64,000 nucleotides of DNA from Chiloscyllium plagiosum (Eukaryota), in assembly GCF_004010195.1 (NCBI RefSeq), contig NC_057719.1, positions 52,089,037 to 52,153,036 on the forward strand, given 5' to 3'. This document shows, in pieces, positions 11,875 to 25,214 of this stretch. The first letter of the stretch is position 1, and each line of letters begins with the position of its first letter. A program made the translations under genes and the position numbers. The notes below the pieces were generated by a model. The model was not told the origin of the DNA and made no database searches. It saw only the letters and a program-made list of their open reading frames with translations.

Positions 11875-13360
11875 GTGGAGGTAGTGGTGTTGGAGTAATA
11901 TCACCAGAGAAGTGATCCAGAGAACCCAGGTTAGAATCCCACCAAAGCTGATGGTGAAAGTTAAATTCAATAAAATGTAGAATTTGAAACAATTCTAATG
12001 TCAATCATGTAATCACTGTCGCTTATCATAAAGACACATGGAGTTCACTAATGCACTCTTTTTTAAGGGAAGGAGATTTGTCATCCTGACTTGGCCTGAC
12101 TGACCAGCATTAAAATAGTTTACTCTAAACCTTCCTCTGAAATGACCTAGCAAGCCACCTAGTAGTATCAAATTTCTATAAAGTTTAAAGAAAGACAAGA
12201 AACTCCCTTCCTGAAAATATTGTGAGCTGTTACATCCCATGGACTACACCCCATGGACTACACCCCATGGACTACACCTCATGGACTACACCCCATGGAC
12301 TACACCCCATGGTCCACACCCCATGGACTACACCTCATGGACTACACCCCATGGACTACACCCCATGGTCCACACCCCATGGACTACACCCCATGGACTA
12401 CACCCAATGGACTACACCCCATGGTCCACACCCCATGGACTACACCCCATGGACTACACCCCACGGACTACACTCCATGGACAGCACCCCATGAACTACA
12501 CCCCATGGATTACATTTCATGGGCTATACTTCTTGGACTACACCCCATGGATTACATTTCATGGACTACACCCAATGGACTACACCACATGGACTACACC
12601 TCATGGACTACACCCCATGGACTACACCCCATGGACTACACTCTTTGGACTACACTCCTTGGACTAAACCTCATGGACTACACTCCTTGGACTAAACCCC
12701 ATGGACTACACCCCAAGACTACACTCCTTGGACAACACTCCTTGAACTACACCCCAAGACTACACTCCTTGGACAACACTCCTTGAACTACACCCCAGGG
12801 ACTACACTCCTTGGACTACACCCCATGGTCCACACCCCATGGACTACACCCCATGGTCCACACCCCATGGACTACACCCCATGGACTACACCCAATGACT
12901 ACACTCCTTGGACAACACTCCTTGAACTACACCCCAAGACTACACTCCTTGGACAACACTCCTTGAACTACACCCCAAGGACTACACTCCTTGGACTACA
13001 CTCCTTGGACTACACCCCATGGACTACATTCCTTTGACTACACCCCATGGACTACACCCCATGGACTACACTCCTTTGACTACACCCCATGAACTACACC
13101 CCATGGACCACACCCCATGGACTACACCCCATGGACTATACTCCTTGGACTACACTCCTTGGACTACACCCCCTGGACTACACCCCCCGGACTACACTCC
13201 TTGCACTATACCCCTTGGACTACACTTCATGGACTACACCCCATGGATTACACTCCATGGACTACAAGAAGGCAGCACAGCATCACTTTTTCCAATGTGA
13301 TTAGAAATAGGCAATAAATTCTGACCTAGACGGTGACACCCTTAACCTGTGAACAAGTGA
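11875..13360 (+). mobile_element. SINE-like element with a LINE-type tail, interrupted by a minisatellite
   Basis: Head with B-box-like ggttagaatccc. Body similar to 42555-42850 and, inverted, to 13650-13960. Tail ...aagaaggcagc...ggcaataaat resumes after the repeat. Confidence 0.65.
12234..13265. repeat. 14-bp minisatellite (GGACTACACCCCAT)n, roughly 70 units
   Basis: Directly visible tandem array with variant units (ggtccacaccccat, ggactacactcctt, gaactacaccccaa). Confidence 0.97.
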
Positions 13361-13649
13361 AAAAAAATCCATTTTTTTTTCAGCCTCACTGGTTACATAT
13401 CACCAGTGACATTTTCATTATCCCTTCAAAGTCGGGTTCCTTGGAGCCCAAATGTTAAAGCAGAAAGAAAATCCATTCTTTGTCTGCAATTACCACTGTA
13501 AGACAGAATGGATTCTAATTCTTCCACAAAAACCTGCGAAATCAAATCTGTTTTTCAAGCTTTCCTTGTTAACATTCTCCTCTGATTTCATGAGGAAATC
13601 GACTCTCTATATTGGTTGTTTCATGGACACAAAGCAGCTAGTGAAATTC

Positions 13650-13960
13650 TTATTTCTTCATTCAGTGGATGAAGGCATGGCTGGCTAGGCCAGCATTTAT
13701 TACCTACATTGCTGTGGGTCTACAGTCACAAGTAAGTCAGACCAGGTAAGGATGGAAGTTTCCTTCCTTAAAAGACAATAATGAACCAGATGGGTGTTCT
13801 GACCATCGACAACGGGTCCGTGGCTATCATGAGACTCTTAATTGCAAATTTTTATTGAATTCACATTCCACTATCTGCCATGGCAGAATTCGAACCTTGG
13901 CCATTTGAACATTACTTGGGTCTCTGGATTAATAGTCCAGTGTTAATAGGCCATTGCCTC
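13650..13960 (-). mobile_element. SINE of the same family as the 11875 element
   Basis: gtgggtctacagtcac...agaccaggtaaggatgg...ttcgaacc...tctctggattaatagtccag. A short piece of the same family is at about 2055-2110. Confidence 0.6.
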
Positions 13961-14071
13961 CCTCTTTTGGTTAATATAGCAGTCTTTGGGCAGAAAATAG
14001 TGTAACCCTTCAGTAGTTCCAACTGTATGATCCTTAACAGTGAGTTTTGGCATATTATTTAATCATGAGGG

Positions 14072-14305
14072 TTTAGTGATTGTAAGAAGGTCAGCCAGCT
14101 GGACCTCATAGAATATGAGTTTTCTAATTGGGCCTGTTGGTCCGGTCCAACTGGGTGCCCTGGCTGACAGATAAAAAGGTGAGTATCAGAGATACTGACA
14201 TTCTGGCACCTGATTCTGAATGAGACTGTCCTAAAGTCAAGGATCATTCATATGTAAGTAACCAGTGACTTGGTGATGGATACTGGCCTCAGTGGAGTTA
14301 TTTCA
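14072..14305 (+). mobile_element. Solo LTR (Gypsy-like), uninterrupted copy
   Basis: Starts tttagtgattg (inferred decay of TGTAG) and ends gttatttCA. Flanks gaggg/gagag look like a 5-bp TSD with one mismatch. Homologous to 30036-30581 and 56005-58168. Confidence 0.65.
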
Positions 14306-14385
14306 GAGAGGATCATCAAATTTGAGACCAATACTCAGCTGACACATATTTTTAGAGGGGTTATTGAATAACTTTTAATAGTTGG

Positions 14386-14486
14386 CTTTTATTCCTGATG
14401 AAGGGCTTTTGCCTGAAACGTCGATTTCGCTGTTCCTTGGATGCTGCCTGAACTGCTGTGCTCTTCCACCACCACTAATCCAGAAG
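14386..14486 (+). mobile_element. Penelope-derived short element with hammerhead-like core
   Basis: ctgatga-agggc-tttt-gcct-gaaac-gtc at 14395. TSD atagttgg at 14378-85 and 14487-94. Confidence 0.7.
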
Positions 14487-15980
14487 ATAGTTGGAATCTT
14501 GTCAACTTCTTCTTTTGAATACATTTTACATCTGGCTTGGATACCTTGAGGAAACTTTTCACACTGCTCATCTGCTGGAACTACTTGAGAGTTACATTAT
14601 TTTCTACGCAAAGACTGCTATGTTAACCAGAAAAATGAATGGATGCTGCTTAAGCATTTACTCTTTCTGAAATTCCAGTTGAACCAAAACAGTGGACACA
14701 AGTTTCATGCAGTACAAATCCAGCAATGTGATGTTTTAAAATTTATGATGGATGTTTCTCTCTGTTACCGCTGTCGAGTACACACCAGGGAGTAGGAAAA
14801 TAACATGCTTCCTGGAATTGTGTTGAACTTTGCAAAAAGCAGGTGCAATGAACACATCTGGAAATTATTTTCTTCCCTGTTTTCGTGTGGAGAGGATCTA
14901 GACTTTATTTGCTAACATGATGTTAAGTCGACAAACTACGTTAGACCACTGATGGGACAATGTGGAATAATGACGTATAGTAAGTCAGTATTTACAGTTC
15001 AAGTAGGCAAAATCACATAAATGGTTGCGCAAACTTCAAACTTGTCAATAGACATAACTGTTCACAACTTCAACATCGATGTTATGTACAAAACAAAAAA
15101 GAACGAGGGACTGCACATAATAAACTTTCAGGTAATTTCCTGAACAAGTATTGAAGATAAATCTTGGACTGAAATCAGCTGGAGATCCATTTATTTTGCA
15201 AAGTTAATTCACTGTCTGAAGCCACTTCACTTAAGCCAATCAATAACTTCAATATTTTTTAATATGCTGGGATACCACAGTACACTTTACTGAAAACAAC
15301 ACATGAATTTGACAGTTTTATAATTACTTTTTAAGAGGAATATTAAACTTTGTGAAAAATATTAGATGGAGAACATTATATATAATGCAGAATTCATATT
15401 AGTTTCCAAAATGAGCCACTGGGGACACATCAATAATTGTTGTAGTCACTTGAAGGAACTTTTATCCTCCAACAAAATTCTGTAGTATTTTTGTTTGATT
15501 AACATAGGCAGCTTTTGCTAACAGTTCTGAATCATTATTCAAACAAATAGGAAAAAACACTTAATTGAACACAGATGGCGTGCAGTCAAATTTGTATTAC
15601 GCTGCACAGATCATTTTCAATATCTATTTAGACCATATTTTGCAAGTTAGTGCAGAAGGAAATATAGAGTTTTCACTATTTTGGAAGTGATTTATAATTA
15701 GTTGAATGTTAAGGTTTTCTTCTTAAAAACATACATAAGTTAAATATATACATATATAATTTACACATACTCACAATGATTTCTCTTCATCAATGTTAAA
15801 GCTGTTAAGTGTCTGAATTACTTACACTGTTACCATGAATTGTCCAACATCTTGATCGTTGGCAAAAGTAAATGCAAATTATAAACTTAGATGTTTTGTG
15901 GTTTATTTCAAGTATCAGATTTTTTTTATGTTCAAGTGTGTGTAGGTTTTCTGTTCAAGTTTCTAGCTGATTGTTTTATT

Positions 15981-17545
15981 TAGAGTCAGACAGTCTGAGA
16001 GATGTATACAGCATGGAAACAGACCCTTCAATCTAACTCGTTCATGATGACCAGATATCCCAACCTAATCTCGTCCCATTTGCCAGTACTTGGCCATTTT
16101 CCCACTAAACCCTTCCCCTTTATATACCCATCCAGTTGCCTTTTAAATGTTGCAAGTGTACCAGCCTCCACCACTTCCTCCGGCAGCTCATTCCATACAT
16201 GCACCACCCTCTGCATGAAAATGTGGCCCTTAGGTCCCTTTTATGCATTTCCTCTCTCACCCTAAACCTCTAGTTCTGGACTCCCCCAGCCCAGGGAAAA
16301 ACACTTTATCTATTTCTCCTATCCACGCCCCTCATGATTTTATAAACCTCTATGAGGTCACCCCTCAACCTTCGAAGCTCCAGGGAAAACAGCCCCAGCC
16401 TATTCAGCCTCTCTCTATAGCTCAAATCCTCCAACCCTGGCAACATCTTTGTAAATCTTTTCTGAACCCTTTCACATTTCACAATATCCTTCCAATAGGA
16501 AGGAGACCAGAATTGCACTCAATATTCCAAAAGTGGCCTAACCAACATACTGTACAGCCGCAACATGACCTCCCAACCCCTTTACTCAATGCTCTGACCA
16601 ATAAAGGAAAGCATACCAAACGCCTTCTTCACTATGTTATCTAACTGCGACTCTACTTTTAAGGAGCTCTGAACCTGCACTCCAAGGTCTCTTTGTTCAG
16701 CAACATTTCCTAGGACCTTACCGTTAAGTGTATAAGTCCTGCTAAGACTTTCTTTCCCAAAATGCAGCACTTCACATTTATCTAAATTAAACTCCATCTG
16801 CCACTCCTCAGCTCATTGGCCCATCTGATCAAGCAATCTGAGGTAATCTTCTTCGCTGTCTACTGCACCTCTAATGTTGGTGTCATCTGCAAACTTACAA
16901 AATATGCCTTCGATGTTCACATCCAAATTATTTATATAAATGACGAAAAGTAATGGACCCAGCACCGATCCTTGTAACACTCCACTGGTCACAGGCCTCC
17001 GGTTTGAAAAACAATCCTCCATCACCACCCTCTGTCTCTTCTACCTTTGAGCCAGTTCTGTATTCAAATGGATAGTTCTCCCTGTATTCCATGTGATCTA
17101 ACTTTGCTAACCAGTCTCCCATGGGGAACTTTGTCAAACACCTATTGAAGTCCATATAGATCATGTTCACCGCTCTGCCCTCATTAATCCTCTTTGTTAA
17201 TTTTTCAAAAAATTCAATCAAGTTTGTGAGACATGATTTCCCATGCACTAAGCCATGTTGATCATCCCTAATCAGTCCTTGCCTTTCCAAATACGTGTAA
17301 ATCCTGTCCCTCAGGATTCCCTCCAATAACTTGCCCACCACCGATGTCAGGATCACTGTTCTATAGTTCCCTGGCTTGTCCTTACCACTTTTCTTAAATA
17401 ATGGTACCATGTTGGCCAACATCCAGTCTTCTGGCACCTCACCGGTGACTATTGATGATAGAAATATTTCAGCAAGGGGCCCAGCAATCGCTTCCCTAAC
17501 TTCCCACAGAGTTCTAGGGTATACCTGATCAGGTCCTGGGGATTT
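15981..17545 (-). mobile_element. CR1 (HER1-like) LINE, 5'-truncated
   Basis: ORFs PEDW..ANMVPLFKK..PGNYR, KSCLTNLIEFF, QGSVLGPLLF, KFADD, QFWSP. Same tail as the 5746 copy. Confidence 0.92.
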
Positions 17546-17792
17546 GCTTAATTATTTGCTGAATATCTGTCTTAATAATATGTATCTAGATCTATGAAGT
17601 GTGATTTTTCAGCATTGTCGCAGTTCTTGAAATAATTTGTCACCATTGTATAATCTTGTATTGCCATTCACAGGGAACTGCAGCTAAACGTACAGATTTA
17701 AACAAATGTTCTGAGGGATAATTTGTTTTCAAGTAAATAACCTGATTGAAGTATAGGCCACTTGACTGAAATTCAATCATTATGATATTTAC

Positions 17793-17838
17793 GTCTGTTT
17801 GAGCTTCAAGAAAGCTCTTCCATTTGATTTTAAACATT
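17793..17838 (-). CDS. Candidate 46-nt exon (MFKIKWKSFLEAQTD, phase 2 to 0)
   Basis: Acceptor ttccaaaattacag and weaker donor gac|gtaaat. Restores the frame after the 17-nt candidate exon. Confidence 0.3.
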
Positions 17839-18591
17839 CTGTAATTTTGGAAACCATGCATACACACCAATTGTAATGTTATTCTATGCAAAATGAATGG
17901 AGCTCTTATCCAGAGCCTGAGACATTATTGTACTTAGAATCAACAAAAAGAAAACAATTTTAACTAATTATTCCCCATTGGCTAACTGAAGCCTTTTTAT
18001 CTTTTGTCTAGTTTGGTTTAAAGATGATTTCTTATTTTATTTTACTGCATATTATATGCAGGATGTTTCCTCATATATTTAAATTCAGGAATTGCTGTGG
18101 AAATGTTGGCAGTGGGATGAGATCTATTCTTCAGTTCCTTTGCTGCAATCTGGCTTGTTTATTTCATTCTGCAGTTGTGTTCACCCATTTATTAAAAAGG
18201 ATAACCTTCCTCATACCCTTTCACCTGTGGGATTTCTCTTGTGTGTTGATGCATTAACAAAAGATGATTTCAGTAATGACTGTGTAGAAATCTCATTCTT
18301 TACTGCCAGCTACATGAGTAACAGATTTATTATCAACCAGCTTGACCATTTCATGAATGCTCCTTTCCATAGCCAATAAATCCTGGAGATGGAATTGACC
18401 AAAGAGCTTCCAACTCAAAGGATGCACACTACCCACGAATCTACAAGACTTTCTTTTTTTCAAAATCAGTAATGAAATAAGGATAAGGAACAACTTTATC
18501 TTCTTGGCATATTTTTAAAAAATGTAATATCCTCTCTTTCTGTCGGCAATTATTTATTATTTGACCTAATACTGTTGTATATTTCACTTAC

Positions 18592-18608
18592 CTCTCTCTA
18601 TTAAATAG
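18592..18608 (-). CDS. Candidate 17-nt microexon (LFNRE, phase 0 to 2)
   Basis: Strong acceptor tcttttgctcatttcag and consensus donor gag|gtaagt, only 17 nt apart. Confidence 0.45.
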
Positions 18609-19557
18609 CTGAAATGAGCAAAAGATAATTCATATCCACAAATGATTTTTTGCTTAGAATAAAACTTTAAAGCTTACTGTTTCCTTTACTATTCTAGCCT
18701 ATCTTTAACAGTAATGGAAGCTCATGATTACATGTTAGAATTCAGCTGTTATATTAGATCTATCTTCCATAATGACAGGGAGATTTTAACAGGAATGTAC
18801 AGACTGTGATAATGAACTCATATTAGAACACAAAATTGGACAACTTGGAAAAAACAACTCTTAAGATATGAATTTGCTTATAAATTAGATACTAAAACTG
18901 AAGCTGAACATATAGATTTTTTGGGGTGTTCTAGCTGATGATACTATAGCTCCCAAGGGGTAAAAGGAGGTACAAATAGTTCTGACCAATTTCTGTAAGA
19001 CTTTGATAAATGCTTCAAACTCAACAAATAAAACTCTTGCGAGAGCAAGATTTAATCAAATATTTGACCATTAATGAAATTGTCTCTGGTTTTCCTTTGA
19101 TATTTTCTCCTGATTAATGGAAACATAGACTGTGAAACTTCAAAGTCAGAATTCACAAGTGACAGAAGTATTGTTGGAATTACAGCTGAGTCTCTTTCAG
19201 GTTTATTATAGTCAAAAGAAGATTTCACTCTGGAGATGATGATTAGGATCATGTGTAAAAACCAAAGTCTGGAAGGAGTAAAGATTGATCCTAAAAGGAA
19301 ATGATCAACCTTGAGAGATCAGCAGAAAACATTCAGGTTTTAAATTAGAGTATGCTAACATACATGTACAAAGTGAGTACAAAGAGTAGAACAGACACCA
19401 ACCACTGACAGTCATTGTCAGTGATCTGCGTTAGGAAAACATTACAGACACAAGCAATGCTGAGCACTTTTTTTTTTAAAAATGACCCTCATCTGTAAAA
19501 CATAAGTCACTTCCAGAAAATGTGCCAAACTAGAAAATAGGCAAAGATTAGTAGCAG

Positions 19558-21262
19558 ATAGAACATAGAACATTACAGCGCAGTACAGGCCCTTTGGCAC
19601 TCGATGTTGCGCCAACCTGTGGAACCAATCTGAAGCCCATCTATCCTACACTATTCCATTTTCATCCATATGCCTATCCAATAACCATTTAGATGCTCTT
19701 AAAGTTGGTGAGTCTACTACTGTTGCAGGCACAACCCTATCAACCTGGGTGGCAACTTTCAGGGATCTATGTACATGGACACTGAGATCCCTCTGCTCAT
19801 CTACACTACCAAGAATCTTACCATTAACCCAGAAGTCTGCATTCCTGTTACTCCTTCCAAAGTGAATTGCCTCACACTTTTCCGCATTTAACTCCATTTG
19901 CCACCTCTGAGCCCAGCTCTGCAGCTTATCTATTTCCCTTTGTAACCTGCAACACCTTCAGCACAATCCACAACTCCACTGACCTGTGTCATCCACAAAT
20001 TTACTAACACATCTTTCTCCGCCCTCATCCAGGTCATTTAGATTAGATCCCATACAGTGGGGAAACAGGCCCTTTGGCCCAATCAGTCCACACCGACCCT
20101 CTGAAGAGTAACCCACCCAGACCTATTTCCCACTGACTAATGCTCCTAACACTATGGGCAATTTAGTATGGTCAATTCACTTGACCCGCACATCTTTGGA
20201 TTGTGGGGGGAAACCAACGCAGACATGGGGAGAATGTGCAAACTCCACACAGACAGTTGCCCAAGGCTAGAATCGAACCTGAGACCCTGGTGCTGTGAGG
20301 CAGCAGCACTAACCACTGAGCCACCATGCCGCCATTTATAAAAATGGCAAACAGATCCTTGAAGTAAACCACTAGTAACTGAACTCTAGGAAGAACATTT
20401 CCTATCAACTATTACCCTCCGTATTCTTTCAGCTAGCCAATGTCTGATCCAAACTACTAAATAACTCTCAATCCCATGCCTCTGTATTTTCTTCAATAGC
20501 CTATTGTGGGGAACTTTATCAAACACCTTTCTGAAATTCATATACACCACAATAACATCATCCATCTTTTGGTCACCATCTCAAAGAACTCAATAAGGTT
20601 TCTGAGGCACGTCCTACCTTCACAAAACCATGTTGACTATCCCTCATCAACTTATTCCTCTCTAGATGATTATAAATCCTATCTTTTATAACCTTTTCCA
20701 ACATTTTACCCACAACTGAAGTAAGGCTCACTGGTCTATAATTACCAGGGTTGTCTCTATTCCCCTTCTTGAAAAACATTTGCAATCCTCCAGTCTTCTG
20801 GCACTATTCCTGTAGACAATGATGACATAAAGATCAATGCCAAAGGCTCTGCAATCTCCTCCCTGGCTTCCCAGAGAGTCTGAGGATAAATCCCATCCGG
20901 CCCAGGGGACTTATCTATTTTCACACTTTCCAGAATTGCTAATACCTACTCTTTGTGAACCTCAACCCTGTCTCAGCTAGAAGCCTGTATCTCAGTATCC
21001 TCCTTGACAACATCATCTTTTTCCTGTGTGAATACTGACAAAATATATTCATTTAGCACTTTGCTTAGCTCCTGAGACTCCATACACAACTTCCCATTTC
21101 TATCTTTGATTAGCTCTAATCTTTCTCTAGTCATTCTTTTATTTTTGACATATAGAAAGCTTTAGGGTTTTCCTTGATCCTACCTGCCAATGACTTCTCA
21201 TGTCCCCTCCTGGCTCTTCTTAGCACTCTCTTTATGTCTTTCCTGTTTAACTTGTAACTCTC
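19558..21262 (-). mobile_element. CR1 LINE with internal deletions, interrupted by a SINE
   Basis: ORFs FKKGNRDNPGNYRPVSLTSVVGK and MELNAEKCEAIHFG. Tail (tagaaca)n at about 19558. Confidence 0.88.
20040..20333 (-). mobile_element. HE1-like tRNA-derived SINE
   Basis: Minus strand begins ggcggcatggtggctcagtggttagtgctgctgcctcacagc...ggttcgatt (A and B boxes), has a gtgtggagtttgcac body and a CR1-type tail. Confidence 0.88.
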
Positions 21263-21439
21263 AAGTATGAAGACAAATAGCTACTCTCACACTCAAGTTA
21301 ATGAGGTAGAATGGCTTACAATACAAGAAAACCCAAAATTCCTGGAGGAATAGATAATCTTGTTTTAGTACTTTGTCAATGGACGTCTCACTTATTTTAA
21401 GGTTGACACAAGAGCAAGTGTCACAACTTAGCAGAAAAT

Positions 21440-21577
21440 TCCTGATGATTCCTGATGAAGGGCTTATACCCAAAACATCAATTCTCCAGCTCTTCAAATG
21501 CTGCCTGACCTGCTGTGCTTTTCCAGGATCACTCTCTCAACTCTGATCTCCAGCATCTGCAGTCCTCACATTCTCCT
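21440..21577 (+). mobile_element. Penelope-derived short element with decayed hammerhead-like core
   Basis: Same family as 11191. TSD agaaaat at 21433-39 and 21578-84. Confidence 0.7.
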
Positions 21578-24500
21578 AGAAAATACACCATGTTTGAATG
21601 AGCACTTTCTCAAGTGGAGAGGGGTAAAATTATATGGTTCATGATGTTTAGAACTGGAGATTAAAAGTAGTTCCATTAACTCAGTAGTACAGATGTCAAA
21701 TAATAAAGATTTTATATATATCTCAATTAAGAATTCATGCTCTTGAGCACAAAAGTATGTCTTGCCTTTAAGCCTTCTTCGAAATTTCAAAAAATTTAAA
21801 CAGCAAATGATTATAAGCTCCTTTGAAAAGGAGTACCCTAAATTGATTACAGAATTAGGGGAAAACTCATCTCTGAGAACAGCATCATACTAAAGAAAAG
21901 TACTAAAGCGTTCTGTCTACACATACTCAAAGATTCTACATACTTTAATAAAACAAGTTGGCAAACAATTTGTGGAAATTATCAGAGTGGGCATCATTTC
22001 CCAGGTGATAAAAACAATGAAGTGGTGTTCAGACATGATTACTGTAATGAACCTAATGGGTCCTATATTCAAACATATGAACATGCAAATTAGAAGCAGG
22101 AGTAGGTTACATTTCCCTTGCAACCCTGAGATGGTGCCTAGTACAAATCATGAGCAGAACACTAGCCCCTGTGCATAAAGATTCCTTGCAACTGCCTTTC
22201 AATCCTGGTCATCATGCATAAAGCAACACATGTCTGTATTTCCTAAGTGGCTTGCAAATAGATTGGAGATGTGCCAAGACCATTATGAGGAGTTGGCATC
22301 TGTCAGGTGCCAATGTCTATTGATGAGGAATGTATGCAACTGATCTCTGTGGTTCAGGCCCTGAATAATGTTTTGGCACTGAGCAGCATGAAGGCTGATC
22401 ATAGCCAGAGGTGAGTTGAGGTTACCAGGCACTCACTCTGACTTCCATGTTGAGAATTCTCTTACAGCACATTTGGTCAGGTAGGAAGATGAGTATTCAT
22501 GATGTGAGTTACTGCTTTAATGAAGTGTTTAACAAGCTATAATATCCTTTGATTAGCAACCCACCATTGCCATATGAGAATCTCAATTCGCCACTCAGCA
22601 AATGCATAAAAGATGTAGCAAGATGCTCCCTCACTGATCTTCTTATCCAACTTGGGCACAAATCTTGCCACAGACCATGTCTTCACACCGCTATAAGATT
22701 CTGTCACACAAACATAACTTGTACCTAATTTGTATCATATAATAAATTGCATCTTAATTAAGGTATCATCAGAATGCCCAGATGTTTTCTCTATCACCTT
22801 CTCCATCACATTAGACCAAGAAAGCTCTGCACTGAGAAAGTAGATAGTAGCAGCAAATCCAACAACATTGATCATGCAACTTGATGAACTGAGGTGAGGA
22901 TTCAGTTTGCAACAATGTACACTGATGTTTAGAATGCATTTGTAAATATTTATAGGAAAGAACATTGTTGAATTTTCAAAACTGAAGACACTTTCTTTCT
23001 ATTTGAGAATGTGTTTACAGTGTTATTACACAGTTTTCATGAGAAATTGTCCCAATAGAACAATTTGTTATGTTGAGTTATTGACTCTGTCATGCGTGGA
23101 TATAGTGCTCTGATCAATAAACAGTAAATTTACAAACAATAGCCAGCAAACTGGAGGAATGAGGTCTAATCATGGATTTTTCTGCATAGTGGACCATCCT
23201 TTTATGTTGGAGGAGGTACTGCTTAGCTGACATCAAAACTAAAGGCAAAGCCATTTAAAAACAAATTGCCAATTCACTTTTAAGTAAATGCATTAATAAA
23301 CTCTATTATGTCTGAGTAAAAATGCCAAACTAAAATTACATTATTTTCTTTGATGATAAGCTCATAAGAAAAAGGCTGAATACATCTCATAGATCAGTGA
23401 CAATATTATTTGCAATCATATCTCTACTCGTGCATGATAGTGATTCTGATGGGAACCAAATACATGATATTTCAAGATATCTAATGTATTTTGAATCAGG
23501 CACTTAATTTAAAAGAACAGTGAATGTAACATCATTTTGGATAGCAGGCTTTAAGTCTATAGGAGCCCATTTTAGACCGTTTGCTTTACTGAAATGGGGA
23601 AGTGGCAGGTGTAAAATAGGAATTATTAAATACAAATCTGTCTGCACAGCACTGCCCTTTCAGCTCAGGACTCCTACTGGGTGAAAGTCTCAACAATCCC
23701 AGTAGTGGTCCCATGATACGTATGAATCTCCAATAAAATTTAGATCTATTACCTGGAGGGCACACCACTGGATGTTACACTCAGATAAATCTTACTGTTA
23801 AAGGAAGAACATTTCAAAATGAGTAAGTGGGGACACATTACAGTGATACAGATGGATTACAGAATCCCACAGCTTCAGCTTCCCCCAGGTCCATGATCAT
23901 GCCACCACCATCCTACTTCCAACAATTCAACACCCACCTTTCTATCCACCAGTCATTTATTCAAACTGCCCAGGATTGGACCAGTAAATGTGGTACAGCA
24001 TTGGGATATTCAACTTCCTCAAGGTATAGTAATAAACAGCTCTGGCCTCCTCTCAGATAGATCAGGTAGGAACAGCATTCTCTATCAGTCAGGCCCAAGA
24101 AAATTAAAATCAATAACTATGTATAAATGCCAAGAATGCAATATTTTAAGTTGAGTTTAGCTATTTAATGTAACTAAATCTGAATATCCTTAATTTAATT
24201 AAATTATTTTATGTGCTTGAAAATAGCTAGTTTCTGATTGAGAAATTTATTTTCCTTGACTTTCTCTTATCAATGAGCTTTACTGTTTTGCTAATCAATA
24301 TAAATGAAAAATGAACTTCAGGCACTTACTATTATCTTATTAGGTAATTGCTTTTTACCATCAAAATTAACTGTCAGATTGTGTTATGACTGGAGCCTTA
24401 ATATGCAGAGCATTTCAGACCCAAGGATAAAGTTCTGACATCTGCAGTTTACTTTAAATATAATGACCTTCAGTGATTGTAAGGTAAATTTATGTTTACT

Positions 24501-24776
24501 TCAGTATACACATCTACATACTGTATATGAAGATTCCTCAAAGAGAATCAAATGTTGGAATAACCTTAAGAACCTTTCGAACAATGAATAGAGAAATTTA
24601 CCTTTTAAGGCTACTCACTTCAACTGAATGTGTCAACATTTTTGAGTTATCAGTTCCAAAGAGAAATACAATGTATAGGAATTAGTAATTAAGTTCTACA
24701 TTCCTAATAATGGAATGAATTACTACTTCTAAAGTTGGAGTGTTTTGGACTCATATTATAAATGGCTTTAACTCAC

Positions 24777-24879
24777 CATCTGAATATTCCAGTTCTCTGT
24801 CAAAGCCTGAATTTGAAGACGATGAACTTTCTCAGACATAATGGATTGGAAGCAATCGAGCATGTTTAATATAATGTTT
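24777..24879 (-). CDS. Candidate exon (NIILNMLDCFQSIMSEKVHRLQIQALTENWNIQM); alternative 30-nt form 24777-24806
   Basis: Donor atg|gtgagt. Possible acceptors tgttttgaag or tcttcaaattcag. Open in the frame that ends in phase 0. Confidence 0.4.
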
Positions 24880-25214
24880 CTTCAAAACATCAATGATATT
24901 TGTTATCATTGTAGCAATTACTTAGAGCAGGTTCTTGACTGCCAACTCTAGCAGATCAACAAGAATATAGGGAACAATAAGAAAAATTACAATGAGCATG
25001 CAAAGAGCCTGAAGATATTTGACATGAAAAAGTGCAAAGTTATTCTGTTCCCCACTTCTGATTTTTGTTTTTAATTTAATTAATATAAAATGAATGGAAA
25101 TTATGAAACAAATTACCATCACAATTTTAATAGAAATGTCTGATAAACAAACTTTTTGTTCGGAAAACTTGACGACACTTGAATAGGAGTTGAAACAGCA
25201 AGAATAATTCAAAT

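Noticed and set aside
12222..13317. Long overlapping ORFs (MDYTPWTTPHGLHP)n; possible repeat protein or CRISPR-like array
   Set aside because: Artefact of a stop-free 14-bp unit. There are no spacers, and it sits inside a SINE.
15826..15850. Possible 25-nt minus-strand exon with a gtaagt donor
   Set aside because: Poor acceptor (gatcaag). It could only be an alternative to the 46-nt candidate.
17640..17891. ORF with lipase-like HGF...DVNII wording
   Set aside because: Resemblance is superficial and no other lipase exons are visible. Only the 46-nt portion is kept as a weak exon candidate.
21950..22700. Possible Harbinger 5' remnant
   Set aside because: Only a faint YR...MSE trace, too weak to list as a feature.
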